Position numbers and translations under genes: made by a program. 64,000 nucleotides of DNA from Lachnospiraceae bacterium (lineage in GTDB: Bacteria > Bacillota > Clostridia > Lachnospirales > Lachnospiraceae). This document shows, in pieces, positions 44,562 through 55,599 of the stretch. Within the stretch, counting starts at the first letter, position 1, and the number at the start of each line of letters is the position of its first letter. The notes below the pieces were generated by a model, which saw only the letters and a list, made by a program, of their open reading frames with translations, was not told the origin of the DNA and did not search any database. Location of the stretch: NCBI GenBank assembly GCA_045598045.1, contig JAZLLG010000033.1, positions 4,456 to 68,455 of the forward strand. Direction: 5' to 3'.

Positions 44562-45761
44562 TTATCTTAAATCATTGAGAAAACGTTCTATCCTATCCAG
44601 ACCTTTGTTAATCTGTTCCATGGATATTGCATAAGAAAGTCTTATATGATCGTCTGCACCGAAATCAGCGCAAGGAATGACTGCAGTCTGATAGTCATCG
44701 ATAAGTATTTTTGCAAGCATTCCGATGTCGGTAATCTCTTCACCTTTATAGGACATACCGAACACTTTGCTGCAATCGATAAACACATAGAAGGCTCCCT
44801 TTGGTTCGAGGCAGGAAACAAGCGGCATTGAAGAGATTCTCTCGTACATGACTTTCCTTCTTCTGTCGAATTCAACACGCATAGCCTCCACAGGCTCCTG
44901 AGGGCCGTTTAAAGCCTCTTCTGCCGCTACCTGTGCAATGGAGTTGGGATTTGATGCCTGATGGCTCTGAATGGAGCTCATAAGCTTGGCAATCTCTCTC
45001 GGAGCGCCGACATAACCGATTCTCCAGCCGGTCATGGAATATGCTTTTGAAACACCTGAGCACGTGATTGTTCTGTTATAAATTTCCTCATTAAGAGAAG
45101 CGATTGAAACTATCTCATCGTCGCCGTATACAAGATTTTCGTACATTTCGTCGGCAACAACATAAATATCGTTTTCAACAACAACCTTAGCAATCTCTTC
45201 AAGCTCTTTCTTTGTGTAAATCATGCCTGTAGGATTGTTGGGAGAATTAAGAACAAAAGCCTTTGTCTTTTCGTTAATGGCATTTTTGAGCTGTTCTGCA
45301 GTAATTTTGTAGTTCTGCTCTTTTGAACACTTGACGATAACAGGAACGCCTCCGCAAAGCTTAACCATTTCGGGATAGCTGAGCCAGAAAGGCGCAGGAA
45401 TAATAACTTCATCACCGGGGTTGATGATTGCTTCGAAAATATTTGTAAGAGAATGCTTACCACCGTTTGAAATTACAATCTGGCTTTTATCGTATGTAAT
45501 ATGATTGAAATTCGCAAATTTTCTGCTGACAGCTTCGCGTAAAGATTCTGTTCCCGCAGCAGGCGTATATTTTGTAAACCCGTTATCAATTGCTTTTTTT
45601 GCTGCCTCGCAAATATTGGCGGGAGTATTGAAATCGGGCTCTCCTGCTCCGAAACCTACAACATCGATGCCTTCGCTTTTCATTTTTTTAGCTTTTGCAG
45701 TAATTGCAAGCGTAGAAGAAGGTTTAACCGCAAGTGCCTTTTTTGAAAGTTCAAGTGACAT
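44562..45761 (-). CDS. class I PLP-dependent aminotransferase (aspartate aminotransferase-like)
   Basis: The PLP-lysine motif SKAYSMTGWRIGY is present, along with NPNNPTG. I place the start at the ATG at 45761 (MSLELSKKA) after AAGGAG. The track ORF extends to 45833. Confidence 0.9.
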   Translation of the reverse strand: MSLELSKKALAVKPSSTLAITAKAKKMKSEGIDVVGFGAGEPDFNTPANICEAAKKAIDNGFTKYTPAAGTESLREAVSRKFANFNHITYDKSQIVISNGGKHSLTNIFEAIINPGDEVIIPAPFWLSYPEMVKLCGGVPVIVKCSKEQNYKITAEQLKNAINEKTKAFVLNSPNNPTGMIYTKKELEEIAKVVVENDIYVVADEMYENLVYGDDEIVSIASLNEEIYNRTITCSGVSKAYSMTGWRIGYVGAPREIAKLMSSIQSHQASNPNSIAQVAAEEALNGPQEPVEAMRVEFDRRRKVMYERISSMPLVSCLEPKGAFYVFIDCSKVFGMSYKGEEITDIGMLAKILIDDYQTAVIPCADFGADDHIRLSYAISMEQINKGLDRIERFLNDLR

Positions 45762-45831
45762 AATATGCTCCTTAGTATCATTGGATAATTGTATACAATA
45801 AAACACTTTTGCATATATTACACTTCTGAAC

Positions 45832-45866
45832 AAAAAAAAGCAAGCACATTTTTAACAAATGTGCCT
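45832..45866 (-). terminator. rho-independent terminator after rny
   Basis: On the - strand the hairpin is gcacauuu-guuaa-aaaugugc, followed by uugcUUUUUUUU. Confidence 0.65.
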
Positions 45867-45924
45867 GCAGTTCTGTAATTTATTTCGTGGCTTTTTATAA
45901 GCCTGTCTCATAATTACATAAAGG

Positions 45925-47493
45925 TTATTTTGCGTACTCGATTGCACGCGATTCACGGATAACATTGACCTTGATCTGGCCGGGATACTCGAGCTCAGCT
46001 TCAATCTTCTTTGACAGATCTCTTGCAAGAAGTATCATCTGGTCATCGTTAATCTTTTCGGGAATAACCATGACACGAACTTCTCGTCCTGCCTGGATAG
46101 CAAATGATTTGTCAACACCTGCGAAGCTGTTTGAAATATCTTCAAGCTGTTTAAGTCTTTGTGTGTAAGTCTCAATTGTTTCACGTCTTGCACCGGGTCT
46201 TGCTGCGGAAATTGTATCTGCAGCCTGGACAATACATGCAATGAGTGTCTGAGGCTCCACATCGCCGTGGTGTGCTTCAACGGCATTAACGATTGTGGCA
46301 TTTTCCTTGTACTTACGGCAGAGGTCGGCACCAAGCTGTACGTGTGTACCTTCCTGCTCATGGTCGATGGACTTACCGATATCGTGTAAGAGACCGGCAC
46401 GTTTTGCCTGTCTGATATCAAGTCCCATCTCTGATGCAAGAAGACCCGAAAGAGATGCAACCTCGATGGAATGCTTTAATGCATTCTGACCGTAGCTTGT
46501 ACGGAATTTCATACGACCGAGGAGCTTTATCAGCTCGGGATGAAGGCCATGAACACCAACTTCAAGAGCTGCATTCTCACCTTCCTCACGAATCATCGTG
46601 TCAACTTCTTTTTGGGCTTTTTCTACCATCTCCTCAATGCGAGCGGGATGGATACGCCCGTCAGCAATCAATCTTTCAAGGGCAATACGTGCTACTTCAC
46701 GACGGATGGGATCAAATCCCGAAAGAACAACAGCCTCGGGTGTATCATCAATGATGAGCTCAACACCGGTCATTGTTTCAAGTGTACGTATGTTTCGACC
46801 TTCACGGCCAATGATACGACCCTTCATTTCATCGTTAGGAAGCTGTACTACCGAAATTGTGGACTCGGCAACATGGTCTGCGGCACAACGCTGAATGGCG
46901 GTAACAATGATGTCCCTTGCCTTCTTGTCGGCTTCTTCCTTTGCCTGAGATTCGAGGTCTTTAATCATGACTGCTGTTTCATGCTTAACCTCTTCTTCCA
47001 CGGATTTAAACAGATATTCCTTTGCTTGCTCGGAGGTAAGTCCCGAAATCCTCTCAAGCTCCTTCAACTGTTCCTGATGTGCAGCCTGCACTTCCTGCTG
47101 AAGTTTCTCGAGCTCAGCTTCCTTTTGTGAAAGCTTCTGATCACGTTTCTCCAATGTATCCGCCTTTTTGTCTATTGCCTCTTCCTTTGCAATTATACGC
47201 TTTTCGTATCTTTGAACCTCTGCTCTGCGCTCGCGGTTCTCGTTTTCTGCTTCCTTCTTTGCTCTTAAGTTCTCTTCTTTTGCTTCGAGAAGAGCTTCAC
47301 GTTTCTTCTCTTCTGCTGTCTTTAATGCCTCGTTAATTATTTCCTTGGAACGTTCCTCAGCCGACCCTACGGTAGCTTCGTACTTTTTCTTGTGGTTTTT
47401 AATTCCGAGATTCCAAAAGAGAACTGCAGCAATTACGAAAGCTAATACAAAGCAAGCGGCTCCGACAATGATCAGTATTGTTGTCTGATCCAT
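45925..47493 (-). CDS. rny: ribonuclease Y
   Basis: 522 aa with an N-terminal TM segment, a long coiled coil, a KH domain ([12 protein letters not shown]) and an HD domain (LLHDIGK). Confidence 0.95.
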   Translation of the reverse strand: MDQTTILIIVGAACFVLAFVIAAVLFWNLGIKNHKKKYEATVGSAEERSKEIINEALKTAEEKKREALLEAKEENLRAKKEAENENRERRAEVQRYEKRIIAKEEAIDKKADTLEKRDQKLSQKEAELEKLQQEVQAAHQEQLKELERISGLTSEQAKEYLFKSVEEEVKHETAVMIKDLESQAKEEADKKARDIIVTAIQRCAADHVAESTISVVQLPNDEMKGRIIGREGRNIRTLETMTGVELIIDDTPEAVVLSGFDPIRREVARIALERLIADGRIHPARIEEMVEKAQKEVDTMIREEGENAALEVGVHGLHPELIKLLGRMKFRTSYGQNALKHSIEVASLSGLLASEMGLDIRQAKRAGLLHDIGKSIDHEQEGTHVQLGADLCRKYKENATIVNAVEAHHGDVEPQTLIACIVQAADTISAARPGARRETIETYTQRLKQLEDISNSFAGVDKSFAIQAGREVRVMVIPEKINDDQMILLARDLSKKIEAELEYPGQIKVNVIRESRAIEYAK

Positions 47494-47555
47494 GCGGAAT
47501 ACCTCCTGAATTTTTTTTACAGAATTAATTATTCTATCAATTCTGCAACATTAGA

Positions 47556-47584
47556 ATTATATAGTTTAACCAAATCAATGTCAA
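47556..47584 (-). promoter_or_regulatory. consensus sigma-A promoter for rny, overlapping the miaB stop codon
   Basis: On the - strand: TTGACA (47579-47584), a 17-nt spacer, then TATAAT (47556-47561). The -35 hexamer contains the miaB TGA stop. Confidence 0.7.
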
Positions 47585-49020
47585 GGGTTAATAGTTTGCA
47601 TTTCACCAAGGAAATAAAACCCTTTGCATTCATTCAGCTTAACTCGTTGGTAAGAACCTATGAGATTTGTTTCTCCCGGGAAGTGCACAAGAAGGTTATT
47701 GGACAATCTTCCGGTAAGCATACCTTCAGAGGCTTCATCAACATCTTCAACCAGTACCTCTGCCTCGGTTCCGGTAAGCTTCTCACAAGCTTTTTCGGAT
47801 GCTGTCTTACATACTTCCAAAAGCCGGTCGAAACGATCCTTTACAACATCATCCGGAACTTCATCGGGATAAGAGGCCGCGGGAGTTCCTTCTCGTTTTG
47901 AATATATAAACGTAAAAGCCGAATCAAAACCAACTTTTTCAACAACATCAAGTGTTTCGCGGAAATCATCTTCGGTTTCGCCCGGGAATCCTACAATAAT
48001 GTCTGTCGTAAGTGAAACATCAGGTATTGCCTTTTTTACTTTTTCTACAAGTGTAAGATAGTCTTCTTTGGTGTAGTGACGATTCATACGCGCAAGTAGT
48101 ATGCTTGAACCTGACTGCATGGGAAGATGAAGGTGATTGCACACCTTCGGTTCCTCACTCATTGCTTTTATAAGTTCATCCGAAAGGTCCTTCGGGTGGG
48201 AAGTCATGAAGCGAACTCTCTTTATGCCGTCAACAAGACATACTTTATGAAGAAGTTCGGCAAACGAGCAAGGCTCTTCAAGTCCTTTGCCATAGGAATT
48301 AACGTTCTGACCAAGAAGCATTACTTCAGTAACGCCTTGACGTGCAAGCTGACAAACCTCCTGAACGATGTCCTCCGGCTTCCTGGAACGTTCTCTCCCT
48401 CTGACATACGGAACAATGCAATAAGTACAGAAATTGTTGCAGCCGTACATAATGTTTACGCCAGCTTTAAAATCAAATTTTCTGGCGCTGGGAAGATTTT
48501 CAACAATCTTTGTTGTGCCCTCCCATATTTCAACAAGCATTTTATTGTCGGCAGTAAGCTTTTTGTAGAGAAGTTCGGCAAGCATAAAGATATTGTGTGT
48601 GCCGAATACTATGTCAACAAAACGGTAGCTTTTCTTAAGCTTTTCAACGTTATGTTTTTCCTGCATCATGCAGCCGCATATTGCAATTATCATTTGCGGA
48701 TTGCTTTTCTTAAGTTTGCCGAGATATCCGATTCTGCCGTAAACTTTTGTATTGGCGTTTTCACGGACGGTACACGTGTTGTAAATGACAAAATCCGCAT
48801 TTTCGTTTTCCGATTCAACATAACCGATTGCTTCAAGTATACCGGCAAGCTTTTCGGAATCTTTAAAATTCATCTGGCATCCGAAAGTAGACACATGGTA
48901 AGTAAGTGTCCTTCCGGCTTCAGAGGATTTGTTTTTATATATTTCCTTCAGAAGCTCTATATAATAAAGCTGTCTTTCAGGCTCATTCTCTGGTATTTCT
49001 CTCTCTATTTCTTCACTCAT
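47581..49020 (-). CDS. miaB: tRNA (i6A37) methylthiotransferase MiaB
   Basis: 479 aa with the UPF0004 Cys triad (FGCQMN..), the radical SAM motif GCNNFCTYCIVPYVRG and a C-terminal TRAM domain. Confidence 0.9.
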   Translation of the reverse strand: MSEEIEREIPENEPERQLYYIELLKEIYKNKSSEAGRTLTYHVSTFGCQMNFKDSEKLAGILEAIGYVESENENADFVIYNTCTVRENANTKVYGRIGYLGKLKKSNPQMIIAICGCMMQEKHNVEKLKKSYRFVDIVFGTHNIFMLAELLYKKLTADNKMLVEIWEGTTKIVENLPSARKFDFKAGVNIMYGCNNFCTYCIVPYVRGRERSRKPEDIVQEVCQLARQGVTEVMLLGQNVNSYGKGLEEPCSFAELLHKVCLVDGIKRVRFMTSHPKDLSDELIKAMSEEPKVCNHLHLPMQSGSSILLARMNRHYTKEDYLTLVEKVKKAIPDVSLTTDIIVGFPGETEDDFRETLDVVEKVGFDSAFTFIYSKREGTPAASYPDEVPDDVVKDRFDRLLEVCKTASEKACEKLTGTEAEVLVEDVDEASEGMLTGRLSNNLLVHFPGETNLIGSYQRVKLNECKGFYFLGEMQTINP

Positions 49021-50270
49021 TATCTGATTTGACCGTTTCCAAAAATAATATATTTAGTCGTTGTAAGCTCCTGAAGTCCTAAAGGTCCTCTTGCATGAAG
49101 CTTTTGTGTGGATATACCGATTTCCGCTCCGAGACCGAACTCACCGCCATCCGTAAAACGTGTGGAAGCGTTTGCATAAACCGCAGCAGAGTCGATTTCG
49201 TTAAGGAATCTCATGGATTTATTGTAGCTCTTTGTAACAATTGTTTCGGAATGTCCTGTGGAATGCTCATTAATCCAATCAATTGCCTCGTCAAAATGCT
49301 CAACAATCTTAAGAGAAATAATCTTTGCAAGATATTCCGTGTAAAAATCTTCATCGGTTGCTTTTGTAATGTTTTTAAGAATCTCACATGCTTTTTCGTC
49401 GCCGCGGATTTCAACACCATGTTTTGTAACAAGTCTTTCATAAAGGAGAGGAAGAAATGTTTCAGCAATTTCCGAATGAACAACAAGGGATTCACATGCA
49501 TTACATACGCCAAGTCGCTGTGTTTTGGCGTTTTCAATGATATTTAATGCCATATCCGTGTCAACGTTTTTGTCAACATAAACATGACAGTTGCCTACAC
49601 CTGTCTGAATAACGGGAACCGACGCATTGTTTACGACATTGTTGATAAGTCCCGCTCCGCCTCTGGGAATAATAACGTCTATATATTTGTTGAGCTTCAT
49701 AAGCTCATTGACATATTCCCTGTCGGTTTTTTCAAGAAGAATAACTGCATCGGGATTAACTCCCGCAAGGCTAAGGACATTTCTTATGACGTTTCCTATT
49801 GCAAGATTGGAATTTATGGAATCACTTCCGCCGCGGAGAATTACTGCATTTCCTGCTTTAAAAGTGAGTCCGAAAGAATCAGCGGTTACATTCGGGCGTG
49901 ATTCGTAAATTACGGCAATAACACCTAAAGGAACGCGCTTTTTACCAATCATAAGGCCGTTCGGACGGTTTTCCATGGAAACAACCTCTCCGACAGGGTC
50001 CTTTAGAGATGCAATCTGTCTAAGACCGTCAGCAATCCCTTCGATGCGTTTTTCATTAAGGCTGAGCCTGTCAAGAAGCGCATCGCTCATACCGTTTGCT
50101 TTTGCTTTTTCAACATCAACGGAATTTGCTTTAATAATATCCCCGGCTTTTTTCGAAAGAGCTTCGGCACAGGAAATAAGTATTTCGTTCTTTACGTTTG
50201 TGGGCATTAGTCGTAGTGACTTTGAAGCTTCTTTAGCACGTTTGCCGATGTCAATAATGTAATCGCTCAT
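49020..50270 (-). CDS. proA: glutamate-5-semialdehyde dehydrogenase
   Basis: 416 aa, ALDH fold, with the catalytic Cys context [12 protein letters not shown]. Confidence 0.95.
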   Translation of the reverse strand: MSDYIIDIGKRAKEASKSLRLMPTNVKNEILISCAEALSKKAGDIIKANSVDVEKAKANGMSDALLDRLSLNEKRIEGIADGLRQIASLKDPVGEVVSMENRPNGLMIGKKRVPLGVIAVIYESRPNVTADSFGLTFKAGNAVILRGGSDSINSNLAIGNVIRNVLSLAGVNPDAVILLEKTDREYVNELMKLNKYIDVIIPRGGAGLINNVVNNASVPVIQTGVGNCHVYVDKNVDTDMALNIIENAKTQRLGVCNACESLVVHSEIAETFLPLLYERLVTKHGVEIRGDEKACEILKNITKATDEDFYTEYLAKIISLKIVEHFDEAIDWINEHSTGHSETIVTKSYNKSMRFLNEIDSAAVYANASTRFTDGGEFGLGAEIGISTQKLHARGPLGLQELTTTKYIIFGNGQIR

Positions 50271-50279
50271 TTCCGCCTC

Positions 50280-51104
50280 CTATACCGATCTGAAATCAAA
50301 TCTTTCGTCTTTATTTGCAGTAAACAATGTTCCGATATTTTCACCGTCGAGAATCTTCCAAATGTTTTCAACGGTATCACCGTTTGTAATAATCATGTCT
50401 GCGCCGCATTTTGTTGCTATTTCGGCTGCATGAAGCTTTGTCTGCATACCACCCGTTCCGACGTTTGAAGAACTTCCTTTTGCCATATTAACAACACTGT
50501 TTATATCATCTACGGTATCAATGAACTTTGCGTCAGCGTTCTTGTGAGGATCGTCCGTATAAAGACCGTCGATATCTGACATAAGAATAAGCAGATCTCC
50601 GTCAATCATTGCTGTTACGTATGCGGAAAGCGTATCATTGTCTCCGATTTCAATTTCGTTTGTGGATACAGTATCGTTTTCATTAACAATGGGAATAACT
50701 CCCATCTGAAACAGCTCGTCAAAAGTGTTGCAGGCGTTCTGATATGAAGTGTCGTGCATTAATGTGTATTTTGTAAGAAGAATCTGCGCACATATTTGAT
50801 TGTATTCCGAAAAAAGCTTCTGGTATACGGTCATAAGTGCTGCCTGACCTATTGCGGCACAAGCCTGTTTGCAGGAAATCGTTCTGGGCTTTGTCTTTAA
50901 GCCTACAGCCTGTCTTCCCACGGCAATGGCACCTGAGGAAACAAGTACTACTTCTTTACCGCTGTTGTGAATGTCGGTAATGATACGCACAAGCTTTTCA
51001 AGCTTTGCATAATCTACATTTCCGGTAGAACTGTGTGTTATGGAGGAAGAACCGACTTTAATTACAATTCTTTCTTTGTCTTTTAAATAGCTTCTCAAGT
51101 TCAT
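50280..51104 (-). CDS. proB: glutamate 5-kinase (short form, no PUA domain)
   Basis: Amino-acid kinase fold with the motifs VIKVGSSSIT and GDNDTLSA. I place the start at the ATG at 51104 after GAGGTG. An alternative ATG lies at 51116. Confidence 0.9.
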   Translation of the reverse strand: MNLRSYLKDKERIVIKVGSSSITHSSTGNVDYAKLEKLVRIITDIHNSGKEVVLVSSGAIAVGRQAVGLKTKPRTISCKQACAAIGQAALMTVYQKLFSEYNQICAQILLTKYTLMHDTSYQNACNTFDELFQMGVIPIVNENDTVSTNEIEIGDNDTLSAYVTAMIDGDLLILMSDIDGLYTDDPHKNADAKFIDTVDDINSVVNMAKGSSSNVGTGGMQTKLHAAEIATKCGADMIITNGDTVENIWKILDGENIGTLFTANKDERFDFRSV

Positions 51105-51116
51105 ATTGCACCTCAT

Positions 51117-52721
51117 TTATACGCCCAATGGCTTGTATTTTGTTGCGATAGCCTCAAAAACTTTTATTCCGTCCACTGCGGCGCTCATTATTCCGCCCGC
51201 ATAGCCTGCACCTTCACCACACGGGTAAAGTCCCGAAATCATGCTTTCAAACTTTTCATCACGGCAAATCCTTACAGGACTTGATGTTCTTGTTTCAACA
51301 CCGGAAAGAATTGCATCGCCGTCTGAAAAACCTTTGATATGTCTTTCAAAATTTGTAACGCCTTCAATTATGTCATGTCTGACGTAATCCGGTAAAGCCG
51401 GAGAAAGCTCCGACATTTCAAAATGCCCTTTTGTACATGGTTTTACACTTCCGAAAGCATGTGTGGCTTTTCCGCTTTTAAAGTCATCAAACCTCTGCAC
51501 GGGTACTGCTCCGTTGCATAAGGAGAAGCACTTTTCTTCCCAATGTCTCTGAAAACGTACACCCGCAAGAACATCATTATAGCCGGAATTTTTAAAATCT
51601 TCGGGATTAACCTGTACAACCATTGCGGAATTTGCATTAACACTGTCTCTTGCATGATTACTCATTCCGTTAACAACTGTTCTCCCCGGTTCGGAAGAAG
51701 CATTTACGACATAGCCACCCGGGCACATACAGAAAGAATATACTCCTCTGCCGCTTTCTGCCGTGTATGTCAGCTTATAATCGGCTGCCGGAAGCTTTTT
51801 ATAAGAATCACCATATTGGCTTAAACCTATCATTTCCTGTAAATGCTCGATTCGTACTCCGATGGCAAAAGGTTTCTGTTCCATAATGAGTTTTTTCCCG
51901 GAAAGCATTTCAAATGTGTCTCTGGCGCTGTGACCTATGGCAAGAACAACAACGTCGGAATATATTTGTTCACCGTTTTCAAGTACAACACCGGTAATAT
52001 GGTTTGAATCATTGACAAGCAAGTCTGAAACATATGCTCCGAAACGGAACTCAGCCCCAAAAGCTTTACATGCTTCGCGCATCCCTTTAACGGTGTTTTT
52101 AAGAACGTCCGTTCCGATATGCGGTTTATTGTTAATCAAAATATCCGGATCTGCGCCATATTCTACGAATGTCGAAAGAGCCAGACCGATACGACCGAAC
52201 TTATCTTTTACTCCGGTATTCAGCTTACCGTCCGAAAAAGTACCGGCTCCGCCTTCACCAAACTGTACATTGCATTTAGGATTTAAGTTTCCGGTTTCCC
52301 AGAATTTTTCAACTTCTTCGGTACGTCTGTCAACATCATAGCCTCTCTCCAACACAAGAGGTCTGTACCCGTTTTGGGCAAGCATATAGGCCGTAAAAAG
52401 GCCGGCAGGCCCGCAGCCTATGACAATCGGCCTGTCATGAAGTTCAAGCCCGCCCGAAGGCAAAAATCGGTATTCTACGGAAGTTTCCTTTGTAATTTTG
52501 CCGTTCGAATTTTTAACGAGCTTGTCTTCACTTGAATTACCGGTAATTTCCGCGGAAATAGAATAAACATAAAGAACATTATCTTTTTCACGGGCATCAA
52601 TCGAGCGTTTTTCAATCTTCCATTTTACGTTGTTTTCAGAAGATTTAAGCACTTTAAGTACAGCAGCCTTAAGCTGTTCTTCGGTATGATTGATATTCAG
52701 TTTTACCTGAAATTTAACCAT
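51117..52721 (-). CDS. FAD-dependent oxidoreductase of unknown function (COG2509-like)
   Basis: 534 aa with the dinucleotide-binding motif VIGCGPAGLFTAYMLAQNGYRPLVLERG and a C-terminal CGEGAGYAGGIMSAAVDG. Confidence 0.75.
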   Translation of the reverse strand: MVKFQVKLNINHTEEQLKAAVLKVLKSSENNVKWKIEKRSIDAREKDNVLYVYSISAEITGNSSEDKLVKNSNGKITKETSVEYRFLPSGGLELHDRPIVIGCGPAGLFTAYMLAQNGYRPLVLERGYDVDRRTEEVEKFWETGNLNPKCNVQFGEGGAGTFSDGKLNTGVKDKFGRIGLALSTFVEYGADPDILINNKPHIGTDVLKNTVKGMREACKAFGAEFRFGAYVSDLLVNDSNHITGVVLENGEQIYSDVVVLAIGHSARDTFEMLSGKKLIMEQKPFAIGVRIEHLQEMIGLSQYGDSYKKLPAADYKLTYTAESGRGVYSFCMCPGGYVVNASSEPGRTVVNGMSNHARDSVNANSAMVVQVNPEDFKNSGYNDVLAGVRFQRHWEEKCFSLCNGAVPVQRFDDFKSGKATHAFGSVKPCTKGHFEMSELSPALPDYVRHDIIEGVTNFERHIKGFSDGDAILSGVETRTSSPVRICRDEKFESMISGLYPCGEGAGYAGGIMSAAVDGIKVFEAIATKYKPLGV

Positions 52722-53947
52722 TATTTTCTTACCAATGCGGCATTTTTACCTGCAACATAACCTGATGACCATGCCCACTGAAGGTTATACCCGCCGCATG
52801 TACCGTCAACATCAATTATTTCACCTGCAAAGAAAAGCCCCTTTACAAGTTTTGATTCCATCGTATCACTGTTAATTTCGGAAGTATCTGCTCCGCCGGC
52901 CACAACCTGTGCCATATCAAAGGAATTCGTGCCGGTAATCTTAAACTCATAGTTTTTCATAAGTTCTGCAAGACGCGAAATATTTTTATCGGTAAGCATT
53001 GCTCTTGCAGATGCATAAACATCCATTCCGAGCTTTACAAGCATAATATAATTGAGTTTATGATTTAAGAGACCGGTAAGTGCTTCTTCTACCGTTCTTT
53101 TCATTGTACTTCTGCTTCGAAGTTCTTCTTCCAAAGAAGCTGCGTCGACTTCAGGAAAGAAATCCACTTTGGCTTTTATATCATGATTGCCTTCGTTAAG
53201 CTCCGAAACAAATCTGCTGACCTGCATTGCCGGAATTCCGGAAATGCCTTTGTCTGAGAAAAGAAGTTCGCCTTTTTCTGATGAAACTTCTTTGTTATCG
53301 GAGAAAATACGAATTCCTGCCTCACATCTTACTCCGTTAATTGTACGCAAAAACCTGTCATTGCTTTTTAACTGGACAAGTGCAGGATAAAGCTTGGTAA
53401 CTTTATGCCCGAGCTTTCTGACAAGGTCATAACCGTTGAATAAAGATGTATCTTTCATGTTTGCAAAGCTTCCGCAAGCCATAATTACAGAATCAAAGCG
53501 GTTATCATTAACAAGAAAAAAGTCACCTTTTTTTTCAATACGATTCACGGTTTCGTTTTTTACCTTTACTTCAGCTTCCCTGCATGCAAGTGACAAAGCG
53601 CCTGAAACCGACGCTGCCTGCTCGGAATTGGGATATACGTAACCATTTCTGACTTTTGGGAGGATACCTATGCTTTTAAAGAAATCCATGGCATCCTTCT
53701 CACTGAATTCTTTTAATGCAGCCTTTACAAATTCAGGATGATTCCCTCTAAAGAACTCCGGTGACATATTCATATTTGTAAAATTACATTTACCGTTTCC
53801 CGTGGCGTTTATTTTCTTTCCAAGTGTGTCTTTTGCTTCAAATACGGTAACATCGGCACCACCCCGGGATGCAAAAATTGCGGCGAGCATCCCGGATGCC
53901 CCGCCGCCTATAACTGCTGTCTTTGTTTTTATCATTTCGCCACTCAA
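52721..53947 (-). CDS. HI0933/BaiN-like flavoprotein (NAD(P)/FAD-dependent oxidoreductase)
   Basis: 408 aa with the motifs VIGGGASGMLAAIFASRGGADVTVFEAKDTLGKKINATGNGKCNFTN and a C-terminal GGYNLQWAWSSG. Confidence 0.8.
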   Translation of the reverse strand: MSGEMIKTKTAVIGGGASGMLAAIFASRGGADVTVFEAKDTLGKKINATGNGKCNFTNMNMSPEFFRGNHPEFVKAALKEFSEKDAMDFFKSIGILPKVRNGYVYPNSEQAASVSGALSLACREAEVKVKNETVNRIEKKGDFFLVNDNRFDSVIMACGSFANMKDTSLFNGYDLVRKLGHKVTKLYPALVQLKSNDRFLRTINGVRCEAGIRIFSDNKEVSSEKGELLFSDKGISGIPAMQVSRFVSELNEGNHDIKAKVDFFPEVDAASLEEELRSRSTMKRTVEEALTGLLNHKLNYIMLVKLGMDVYASARAMLTDKNISRLAELMKNYEFKITGTNSFDMAQVVAGGADTSEINSDTMESKLVKGLFFAGEIIDVDGTCGGYNLQWAWSSGYVAGKNAALVRK

Positions 53948-55584
53948 ATGTGTACTCCTATCTTCAGGAGAATGCTCAAAATTCTTCCTCCCATAGGAAG
54001 TTCAAGCAGTTCCTCTCTTGATAAAGTGCCCGTAAAAATCATAAGTGCGCCGTAAATAAGAACCGCAAACCCTATCGAAATAACAAGATTGATTGCGCTT
54101 ATATGAATTACAAGGGACAGACCTTTGTAGAGTAAATATGCGGATGCACCCATAACTATGGAAAAAAGTGCAGGCTTAAAAAAGGTATCCATAATCTCCT
54201 GTCTGTAAGAAGTCTCTCTTCGAATCGAAACCCAGTTTAATATGCTTACAATAAAAGGGAATACCATATAACCGATGGGAAGAACATAAACACCCATTGT
54301 AGTATTTCTTAACAAAGGAAAATCCACAAGTATATAAACAACAATGCCTATACAAGCATGAATAATGGGCTTATTAAGCCTTCCTATTCCCTGAAGTATG
54401 CTGTTCGTTGTCGTAGAGTAAGCAAAGAACACGACACTCATTCCGCCGAGAAGCATAAGCCTTACAGAAACGTCCAATGGATTACCGTCGGGCTGGCTGA
54501 AACATATTTTAAGGATAGGTCTTGCAAGAGCGATAAGACCGGCAGCCGAAGGAATTGCAATCATCATGTTAAGCTTGACAGCCTGACCGATTTTCTCATG
54601 AACCATTGAAGTAGTGCCGGTTGTATAAGCCTTAACAACATTAGGAATAATGGCTACACCGATTGCTGATGCAATTGCAAGAGGAACGTTTGTTATAAGA
54701 CGGAACTTTGCGGAATAAATTCCGAACAAAGTAAGTCTCATATCTTCCGAAATGCCTTTCTTGGCAAGAACATTGTTAAATAAAGCCGAGTCAAGCGTTC
54801 CTGTAACAGAATAAAGGAACTGATTAAGTATTATGGGAAGAAGTGTAATTATCAGTACTTTAAAAAGATCACCGTAAGAATCGACAACACCGGATTTGTC
54901 TCGTCTGAGCTTTCTCATCAATGTAGGCTTATAAATGATGAAAATGAAAAGAAGGAAGCAAAGGCCTGCTATTGCACTGAGTAAAGTACCAAGTGTGCCG
55001 CCTGCGGCACCGTATGCATAAGGTGCAACCGTGTCAGCAAAATTCTTCATGAAAATTACGGCAAAAACAAGACCGCCGGCAACATGAACAACCTGTTCGA
55101 TTATCTGCGAAACAGCTGTCGGAATAACGGTATTTTTACCTTGGAAGAAGCCTCTGATGACTCCCATGATTGCAAAAACAAAAATGGTAGGTGCCAGCAT
55201 TCTGAGCGGAATCGCAGACATGGGTGACTGGAAAAGCTTCACGGAAATCTGCTTTGCAAAAACATAAACAAGCACAGCCATTATAAGACCGATACCCCCT
55301 GCAAAGCCCATAGCTACTTTAAAAATACGATATGAATTCTTATATTCCTTTTTGGACTCTTTTAAGGAAACAAGACGTGATACAGCGATGGGAATGCCGT
55401 AGGTGGAAAGAAGAAGTGCAATATTGTACACTTCGTAGGCGTTTGAATATGCGCCGTTACCTTCATCTCCTATTATTTTTGTTAAAGGAATACGAAAAAT
55501 AAGCCCCAATAATCTGCTGATAATGGAGGCTGCTGCAAGAATGGAACCTTGTATGTAAAAAGAATTACCTTTTTTTTCCGACAT
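53944..55584 (-). CDS. MOP-superfamily flippase (MurJ/SpoVB/YtgP-like polysaccharide biosynthesis protein)
   Basis: 546 aa with about 14 TM helices. The N-terminal pattern is SILAAASIISRLLGLIFRIPLTKIIGDEGNGAYSNAY. Confidence 0.8.
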   Translation of the reverse strand: MSEKKGNSFYIQGSILAAASIISRLLGLIFRIPLTKIIGDEGNGAYSNAYEVYNIALLLSTYGIPIAVSRLVSLKESKKEYKNSYRIFKVAMGFAGGIGLIMAVLVYVFAKQISVKLFQSPMSAIPLRMLAPTIFVFAIMGVIRGFFQGKNTVIPTAVSQIIEQVVHVAGGLVFAVIFMKNFADTVAPYAYGAAGGTLGTLLSAIAGLCFLLFIFIIYKPTLMRKLRRDKSGVVDSYGDLFKVLIITLLPIILNQFLYSVTGTLDSALFNNVLAKKGISEDMRLTLFGIYSAKFRLITNVPLAIASAIGVAIIPNVVKAYTTGTTSMVHEKIGQAVKLNMMIAIPSAAGLIALARPILKICFSQPDGNPLDVSVRLMLLGGMSVVFFAYSTTTNSILQGIGRLNKPIIHACIGIVVYILVDFPLLRNTTMGVYVLPIGYMVFPFIVSILNWVSIRRETSYRQEIMDTFFKPALFSIVMGASAYLLYKGLSLVIHISAINLVISIGFAVLIYGALMIFTGTLSREELLELPMGGRILSILLKIGVHI

Positions 55585-55599
55585 AAAAATTACCTGAAA

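Noticed and set aside
48127-49032. A 301-aa + strand ORF antisense to miaB. Similar long antisense or alternative-frame ORFs occur at 28389-29078, 46540-47130, 11324-11848, 56273-56833 and 34727-35107.
   Set aside because: Each lies entirely inside a well-supported conserved gene on the other strand or in another frame. They have low-complexity composition rich in Phe, Lys, Leu, Cys and Arg, no RBS, and no recognisable motifs. This is typical of shadow ORFs.
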